45,032 nt of DNA. It comes from an uncultured Candidatus Saccharibacteria bacterium (GTDB lineage Bacteria; Patescibacteriota; Minisyncoccia; 2-02-FULL-40-12; IGHO2-01-FULL-4-A). The notes below the pieces were generated by a model that worked only from the letters and a program-made list of their open reading frames with translations, searched no databases and was not told the DNA's origin. The stretch covers positions 1 through 45,032 of the forward strand of contig CAYIXQ010000002.1 in NCBI GenBank assembly GCA_964367475.1, written 5' to 3'. Below are positions 36,015 through 41,787 of this stretch, one piece after another (the first letter of the stretch is position 1; the number at the start of each line of letters is the position of its first letter). A program made the translations under genes and the position numbers.

Positions 36015-36047
36015 ATAAATAAAAAAGGCAGTCTTAACGAGACTGCC
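36015..36047 (-). terminator. Strong rho-independent terminator on the minus strand
   Basis: Minus strand GGCAGTCTCGTTAAGACTGCC followed by TTTTTTATTTATT. Confidence 0.8.
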
Positions 36048-36260
36048 GTGTGGTGGAAAGGCCTGATACAATCTAGGCCAAGGTACTACTAAAACGAACC
36101 CGGGAACAGATCAGCTGCGGTTGATCGCTCCCGGGCCGCCTGGCAGAGGATTTGCATCCGGGGATGCCAGACGGTGAATATCTAAAGACCAAACCAAGCA
36201 AATCTCCCGAACGAGTTACCTCGTCCATGCCCCTTGACTGTTGGCTTGGACTTTAGACAA
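36048..36260 (-). ncRNA. Candidate structured RNA or structured 3' UTR (about 210 nt, GC-rich), family unknown
   Basis: Several stable hairpins, two with GNRA loops (GGACGAG-GUAA-CUCGUUC at 36209-36226; GGAU-GCAA-AUCC inside CUGGCA/UGCCAG at 36140-36170), 36099-36135 hairpin; bounded by the terminator. Confidence 0.4.
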
Positions 36261-36524
36261 CTAAGCCTTAATGGATGGAAACCACAAAGCCTTCCCCCCA
36301 ATAACCCTCACAGTACGTTTGAGAATCACACCCCGAGAACCATTTTCCTTACACTGTTGCATGTAAAGTTTTGCATGGTCCTCGCAGGTGCAGGCGTCGT
36401 CACTGAAAATCTTGACGATCTGTCCTGACTGAAAGTTGTGTTTACAAAACGCGCAACTGCTACAGGACGACATTTTTCCTGTCCCTTCCGATTTTTCGTC
36501 TAGAACAACTCCCGAAGCGCACAT
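36261..36524 (-). CDS. Small Cys-rich hypothetical protein (70 aa from ATG 36473, or 87 aa from ATG 36524), zinc-ribbon/TRASH-like motif
   Basis: CSSCAFC-x17-CTCEDH pattern; AGGA-type SD before ATG 36473; candidate promoter upstream. Confidence 0.4.
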   Translation of the reverse strand: MCASGVVLDEKSEGTGKMSSCSSCAFCKHNFQSGQIVKIFSDDACTCEDHAKLYMQQCKENGSRGVILKRTVRVIGGKALWFPSIKA

Positions 36525-36541
36525 TAGCCTCGGTTAATCCC

Positions 36542-36569
36542 ATATTACTCTAAGATAAAGAAAGCACAA
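36542..36569 (-). promoter_or_regulatory. Candidate sigma-70-type promoter for the small ORF/RNA unit
   Basis: Minus strand TTGTGC-N16-TAATAT. Confidence 0.3.
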
Positions 36570-36573
36570 GACC

Positions 36574-38385
36574 TTATTTAATATTGTAAACAAATATTGA
36601 GTTACCGATGATGGTTATGGGTTCGAAGGCCTTAAGCCAATTATTGTAATTAACGTTATTGTGATCGTCGGGAGTGCCTTGTGACCCCTGCAAAAAGGTT
36701 GCCGATACTGCCAACCACCCGTCACTATCGCTGCGTTTTAGAAAATCAGCAGCATTTTTATATTTGGTGGAAGTCAGCCAAATAAACCTATCTTTTAAAT
36801 AATAGGCCGGATCCGCCCAGCCAAAGTAATCCACCTCGATTCTCTTTATATCATTTGCTTCTACCCAACGACTTAGACGCAACAAATCCTGACCCCAGTC
36901 TAAATTGGAATCAACCACATAACGATAGCCGCCCGCCGGTCCACCCGCGATTTGATTAAAATAGGAAAGATAGTAGGGGAAAACTTTTGCATTTTCGTAG
37001 AAGTGCCACGACAAAAGAATGGCCACCGCTGTTGGCACAATTACTGAAACAAATGTTGCCCGATTTAACTGGCCGGCTTTCTCATGTACTTTTTTAATTA
37101 ATTTAGAAATCTGACCGCTAACCAATAATATGGCGAATGGAAAAGTCGGCAGTAAATGCCGCACGCCGATATTGAGATTGCTTTTGATACTGGTCGTCCA
37201 ATAGATCACTAGCCAAATAATCATAGCAAACTCATCAAAGTGATTTCTGATCCAGTCCGCGATGCTTTTCGCTTTAAACTCTGAACTTTTAACTTGAGTA
37301 CCAATCATAAGAATTGCAATCAGTGTGAGTATCCACCAGGCCAAGGTTTCCTTGAGGAAATAAACAATGGGGAAATACGATCGCCAGCCCGCGGCTGAGA
37401 CCTCGCCCAGGAAAAAAGTAGTGTTACCGCCAGTCGAGCGTTGAACAACCATAAGGAGGCCAAGAAAATATTGCCCCAAAGCTCGCAGATATGGTTTATC
37501 GGCCAGCCAGATCACTGTATCAGCCAGAGCGCGGTTGCCAAAGGATCCGAGGAGAAACTGTGTGTCATCCATCTGTCGTTCTACTGGATATCCGTGGACG
37601 TGAAAATAATAAACGGGCCAAACCACTATTACTAAGCCAATAATGGCCACCAACATTACCCGCGTAAACTGCCGCGCCACCGCGTTTATTTTCTCTGTTA
37701 GTTGGCTACCAGCCATTACCCACCCATAGATTATCGCCAAAATCATAAACAAAGGCCCAACCAGAAAAGTGGAAAATTTTGTCAGTAAGGCCACTCCCAA
37801 TGATATTCCAGAAATAAATAAATTTTTGCCGCTTGGGACCCTTAAATACTTAATAAAAAAATAGAGGGCAAACAAAACCCCAAATAAGGCCGGTACGTCC
37901 GTGGTCACAAACCGGGCGTGGGCGATAACGGAAGGTGAAAATGCGAATAGCACTAAAGCGATAATAGCGCCCAGGTACCCATACAAACGTTTTCCCCAGA
38001 GGTAGATCAAAGTGGCCGAAAGGGTAAAAAATAACAGCATTGGAAACTTAACCCAATGCTTAATTGTGTCCGCGTCATTGTCAGAATTAAACATAAAATA
38101 ACGGCCGAATTCCCACTGACCATTAATATCAGTTTGCCAAAATTTTTGTTCGAAAACTGACTGCTTGAAGTCTAAAAATACCAACGGCAGTGCCGCTAGA
38201 TCTTTGGCCAGAGGCGGATGCTCTGGGTTTAAGCGCATATCTTGCCTGGTCAAATAGGAATACCCGGCCCCAATGTGAGGCACCTCGTCCACAATTACCG
38301 AATCATCCCAGGCGCTGGTGATCGCCAAAAAAACGGCAAAAATAATAACAAAAATCGCGAACCAGTCTAGCTTATTTATTTTCAT
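36574..38385 (-). CDS. GT39/PMT-ArnT-like polyprenyl-phosphate-dependent glycosyltransferase (603 aa)
   Basis: Polytopic N-terminal half with first-loop acidic motif DDSVIVDEVPH, large C-terminal soluble domain. Confidence 0.75.
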   Translation of the reverse strand: MKINKLDWFAIFVIIFAVFLAITSAWDDSVIVDEVPHIGAGYSYLTRQDMRLNPEHPPLAKDLAALPLVFLDFKQSVFEQKFWQTDINGQWEFGRYFMFNSDNDADTIKHWVKFPMLLFFTLSATLIYLWGKRLYGYLGAIIALVLFAFSPSVIAHARFVTTDVPALFGVLFALYFFIKYLRVPSGKNLFISGISLGVALLTKFSTFLVGPLFMILAIIYGWVMAGSQLTEKINAVARQFTRVMLVAIIGLVIVVWPVYYFHVHGYPVERQMDDTQFLLGSFGNRALADTVIWLADKPYLRALGQYFLGLLMVVQRSTGGNTTFFLGEVSAAGWRSYFPIVYFLKETLAWWILTLIAILMIGTQVKSSEFKAKSIADWIRNHFDEFAMIIWLVIYWTTSIKSNLNIGVRHLLPTFPFAILLVSGQISKLIKKVHEKAGQLNRATFVSVIVPTAVAILLSWHFYENAKVFPYYLSYFNQIAGGPAGGYRYVVDSNLDWGQDLLRLSRWVEANDIKRIEVDYFGWADPAYYLKDRFIWLTSTKYKNAADFLKRSDSDGWLAVSATFLQGSQGTPDDHNNVNYNNWLKAFEPITIIGNSIFVYNIK

Positions 38386-39916
38386 TTTCCAGTAGAATCA
38401 CTACCGAAGCTTTGTTGTATTGGCCGCTTCGATGTTGTTCCTCGGTTAAATAATAAATATTTTTTTGCGCTTGCTTTTCCGGGGTATATGTATCGGTAAT
38501 GTACATAACGGTTTGAGCCGACATGGGGATATTGTTTATAAGAACGCCGTCGACGTTTACCACCACATATTTTTTAATACTTCTGGGCAATTGTTCCACG
38601 TAATTTCCAATTTCGACGTAGCGGGCACTAAAGGCGGGCGGTACGTTAGGATTGAGGGCCCATTTAAAAAAGTAGCGGTCAAATTCGAAGACCATGCTGG
38701 CTATGAGAAAAATCACTATTACCAAACCAGCAATAAAATTTCCTTCATGAACGTGAAGCTTACCGAGTCTCAAGTCATGAAAATCTCTTGCCCCGTACCA
38801 TTTTCTGACAAATTCATAAATCCACCATAGACCTTCACCGGCAAAAATAAACACCACCGGTGCAAGAATAATAGCTCGCAGAGCGTGGGGCAAACCTTCG
38901 TTTGACAATATAACCGGTAAAAGGCCCAAGAAAAACCATGAGATTAGCAACACTCTAACGGTGGGCAAATGCCTATGTTTATCGTAGTCATCCGCCAGTT
39001 TGATTAAGTTGCGAGTAAAACCGATGATAAAGAAAATACCGACTGGCCAGAAGAGCAGGGGATCGCCAGAGTAATTGTGACGCCAGTTATAATCACCTAC
39101 GAAATTAAACATGGCCAAAGTCTTCGCCAAATTTACTGTCAGACTGACTAACGGATTAGCGGAAGTAAAGATCGAGAGTTGACCGGTTCGTCCCAGGAAA
39201 TCCCCTGGGTTATTGTAGTAGTAGAGTCCAATCGGCAGCGCCACGATAATTACCGTAATCATAAATAGGGCCATTCCTTTTATAAGCCGATCGCGAGTGT
39301 ATTGATATTTCCCATGCGAAAAATCTTTTTTTAGCGAATACCAGTAGGCGAACAACGCCAAAATCATGGCTAGGGGCATAATCCGAAAAGCAATATAAGT
39401 ATAAAAACCTAATCCCCAAAAAATTCCACTGACGAAAAAATAACGCAATCGGTTTTGTTCAAGCCCGCGCCAAAAAAAATAAAATCCCCAAACCAAAAGA
39501 AACGGCGCCATGATGGCCCGAAAGCCAATGCGCGAGAAAAGCGTATGCCAAAAAGAGGTCGCCATTAGAAAACTGGATATGGCCCCGATCTGCCAGTTGA
39601 ATAATTGCCTAGCCAGAAAGTATGTCCCTAATACCGTGAAAACGCCAAATATAGCCGAGACAATTCGCAAAGCCCAAGGATGATTGCCAAAAGTTTTTAG
39701 GGACAGCGCCTGAATATTTATGAATAATCCTTCACGGCCGTTGTTCTCCGGATAAAAAACTTTGAATTCCCCGGTCTGTAGCGCCTCCAGCGCATTATTG
39801 CCATTCATGGCCTCATCCGGATAAAGTCCAGGCGGAATAGATTGGATTCGATAAAACCTAAACACCACCGCTATCGCGACAATAACAAAAACCAATAAAA
39901 ACCTCTTTTTTAACAT
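38372..39916 (-). CDS. GT39/GT83 ArnT-like membrane glycosyltransferase (514 aa)
   Basis: PPGLYPDEAMNGNNA first-loop motif, about 11 TM; 14-nt overlap with the downstream paralogue. Confidence 0.75.
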   Translation of the reverse strand: MLKKRFLLVFVIVAIAVVFRFYRIQSIPPGLYPDEAMNGNNALEALQTGEFKVFYPENNGREGLFINIQALSLKTFGNHPWALRIVSAIFGVFTVLGTYFLARQLFNWQIGAISSFLMATSFWHTLFSRIGFRAIMAPFLLVWGFYFFWRGLEQNRLRYFFVSGIFWGLGFYTYIAFRIMPLAMILALFAYWYSLKKDFSHGKYQYTRDRLIKGMALFMITVIIVALPIGLYYYNNPGDFLGRTGQLSIFTSANPLVSLTVNLAKTLAMFNFVGDYNWRHNYSGDPLLFWPVGIFFIIGFTRNLIKLADDYDKHRHLPTVRVLLISWFFLGLLPVILSNEGLPHALRAIILAPVVFIFAGEGLWWIYEFVRKWYGARDFHDLRLGKLHVHEGNFIAGLVIVIFLIASMVFEFDRYFFKWALNPNVPPAFSARYVEIGNYVEQLPRSIKKYVVVNVDGVLINNIPMSAQTVMYITDTYTPEKQAQKNIYYLTEEQHRSGQYNKASVVILLENENK

Positions 39917-39919
39917 ATT

Positions 39920-40097
39920 TAGGACTTACGCGCTTGAGCCACGAAGCCCAAGGCTATTAGGGCTTATCGTGGCTCAAGCCACAAGGGTTTGGCCAATTTC
40001 TTTGTTAAAATCTACGTTTGAGACTCGCCGTACCTGCTAGTACGTCTCGTCTCAAGCCTCGATTTTGCCTTGAACTTGGCCAAACGCGTAAGTCCTA
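39920..40097 (+). mobile_element. Family-1 MITE-like repeat, copy D (178 bp), 3 nt from the glycosyltransferase start codon
   Basis: Perfect TIRs, flanks ATATT/ATGTT (4 of 5). Confidence 0.7.
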
Positions 40098-40215
40098 ATG
40101 TTGTTATTCTAACACAATACTTGAGCTAATTTTATGCTCGTATCCACAACCACTTTATTGTTTTTTAAATCTATGATACTTTTCTTGTGCCAGCTCTTTT
40201 AAAGTGAGGTGGAAT

Positions 40216-41286
40216 ATGTCGCCAGCCTACAGAGATGTAGACCCCAGTAAATCATCACCAGTAGTGGACAATCTCCGCAGATCAATGCGAGAAAGAGTGA
40301 TCGGTCAAACGGAAGCGATCGAGGCAATACTCCGAATGTATAAAAAAAACCTCGCCGGTCTTAATATACCGGGGAAACCGCTGGGTAGCTTCCTGTTTTT
40401 GGGACCTACCGGGGTCGGCAAATCAGAATTGGTTAAAGCTTTCGCTGAAGGCATTTATGGAGATAGCAGTAAGGTCTTAACCATAAATTGCACTGAACTG
40501 TCAGAAGATCATTTTATTACTAAGCTGATCGGATCGCCGCCGTCGTACGTTGGTGATGCTGTCGAGCCAATTTTGAGTCAAGAAAATCTCGATCGGGGCC
40601 ATACCGATAAGGTCAAAATTAGTATCATGGTCTTCGAGGAATTTGAGAAAGCCGATTACAAGATTAAGAAGCTGCTGTTGCAAATTTTGGAAGAAGCAGT
40701 ACTGGTCACGAATAAGAATAGGAAAACCAACTTCGAGCGTGCCTTTATTTTCATGACCTCAAACATTGGCTTAAGGGAGATTGATGTTTCCAGTCAGCCT
40801 GGTTTTAAACCAGCTAAAATCACGTCCGATAGGGAACGTTTTGAAAAAACACTGTTAAATGTTGCTCGGCGTGAATTCTCGCCAGAGCTGGTGGGTAGAG
40901 TAAACGAAAAGGTTATTTTTAAACCACTGTCGCTGGCTGAACTCCGCCTAATTCTTGAAGTCCAGATTAACAACCTCCGCCGACTAATTCTCGGGCAGGC
41001 AAGCACGCGGCAGGGGTTTCCCCAGTTCAGCTTATTAATTACAGAAGAAGCAAAAGAATATATCTTAGGCCTTGGCTGGAATCCCAAAGAAGGCGCCCGA
41101 CAACTGCGCCATGTAGTTGGAGATATACTGCTGGCAGATATCAGCCAGCTGGTAATTACCGAGCAAATTCAGCCAAACGATACCCTGCTGGTCAATCTCG
41201 ATTCAAGTAAGCTTAAATATTCGATTCAAGCAGTGGGAGCTTTCCCGGAGGCATTGTTCAAAAATAGAAGATCAGTCCGAAGCTAG
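40216..41286 (+). CDS. Stand-alone Clp/Hsp100 D2-type AAA+ ATPase (no N-domain, no D1)
   Basis: VIGQTEAIEAI...GSFLFLGPTGVGKSELVKAFA (D2 Walker A context), pore loop GSPPSYVG, FMTSNIG sensor-1, FSPELVGRVNE Arg finger, GARQLRHVV sensor-2; SD GAGGTGG before the ATG. Confidence 0.85.
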   Translation: MSPAYRDVDPSKSSPVVDNLRRSMRERVIGQTEAIEAILRMYKKNLAGLNIPGKPLGSFLFLGPTGVGKSELVKAFAEGIYGDSSKVLTINCTELSEDHFITKLIGSPPSYVGDAVEPILSQENLDRGHTDKVKISIMVFEEFEKADYKIKKLLLQILEEAVLVTNKNRKTNFERAFIFMTSNIGLREIDVSSQPGFKPAKITSDRERFEKTLLNVARREFSPELVGRVNEKVIFKPLSLAELRLILEVQINNLRRLILGQASTRQGFPQFSLLITEEAKEYILGLGWNPKEGARQLRHVVGDILLADISQLVITEQIQPNDTLLVNLDSSKLKYSIQAVGAFPEALFKNRRSVRS

Positions 41287-41295
41287 TCTTTTCAT

Positions 41296-41324
41296 CAGGC
41301 ATTTTCACGCCTGGTTTTTTATTG
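41296..41324 (+). terminator. Rho-independent terminator after the Clp-like gene
   Basis: CAGGC-ATTTTCAC-GCCTG followed by GTTTTTTATT. Confidence 0.6.
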
Positions 41325-41339
41325 TTTAGAAAAGTGGTG

Positions 41340-41345
41340 TATAAT
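41340..41345 (+). promoter_or_regulatory. Candidate -10 box abutting the start of the next operon
   Basis: TATAAT 1 nt before ATG 41347 and 7 nt before ATG 41353 (leaderless start more likely at 41353). Confidence 0.35.
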
Positions 41346-41346
41346 C

Positions 41347-41787
41347 ATGGATATGGAAAATATCGGTTTGGAAAATGAGATTGTCCAGATTCAGCAGTTA
41401 TTAGAATCTAAAAAAGCCCAATTAAAGGAGGGGGGTAATGTTGTTGAAAAATCCAATGAAATATCGGAAAAAGAAATCATCCGAGACGTAATTGGCCAAA
41501 GAATTAAATTTTTCCGAAACCAGTCTAGCCAAACTGAAACTGAATCAGAATCAAAATCTAACATTTCCCCAGTACCCCCGGTGGAATCTCCCGCCTACTT
41601 ATCACCGGAGCTGAAAGATAAAGTTCAGGAGCTGGTAAACATTTGTTTTACTGATTCGATTGAGCAAGCGGTAAAACAAGCCAAGGCTCTTGATAATCCC
41701 GCTCTTATTGACGCTTTGCACGATGCCCTGATCGATGAAGTCCACGCTGCTCTAATCGAAAGGGGTAAACTTCAAAAAGTCGTCTAA
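41347..41787 (+). CDS. Hypothetical acidic coiled-coil protein (144-146 aa)
   Basis: ORF with stop overlapping the next start (TAATG); no recognisable motif. Confidence 0.55.
   Translation: MDMENIGLENEIVQIQQLLESKKAQLKEGGNVVEKSNEISEKEIIRDVIGQRIKFFRNQSSQTETESESKSNISPVPPVESPAYLSPELKDKVQELVNICFTDSIEQAVKQAKALDNPALIDALHDALIDEVHAALIERGKLQKVV

Noticed and set aside
36099-36135. Group II intron domain-5-like hairpin (AGC paired to GUU with a G-U wobble, 3'-strand bulge)
   Set aside because: The AGC triad is adjacent to the bulge rather than near the helix base. The bulge is 1 nt, the loop is 8 nt rather than a GNRA tetraloop, and there is no intron-encoded protein or other intron domains.
36051-36296. 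tmRNA-like ends on the minus strand: a 5' GGGAAGG that could pair with the 3' CCUUUCC-ACCA (including a G3:U70-type wobble), followed directly by a terminator
   Set aside because: There is no T-arm (no GGTTCGAnTCC-type loop with a paired 5-bp stem before the acceptor strand). There is no recognisable tag reading frame ending in a hydrophobic ..AA stop. The 5' candidate also lies inside the small ORF's 3' end. The CCACCA is probably coincidental.
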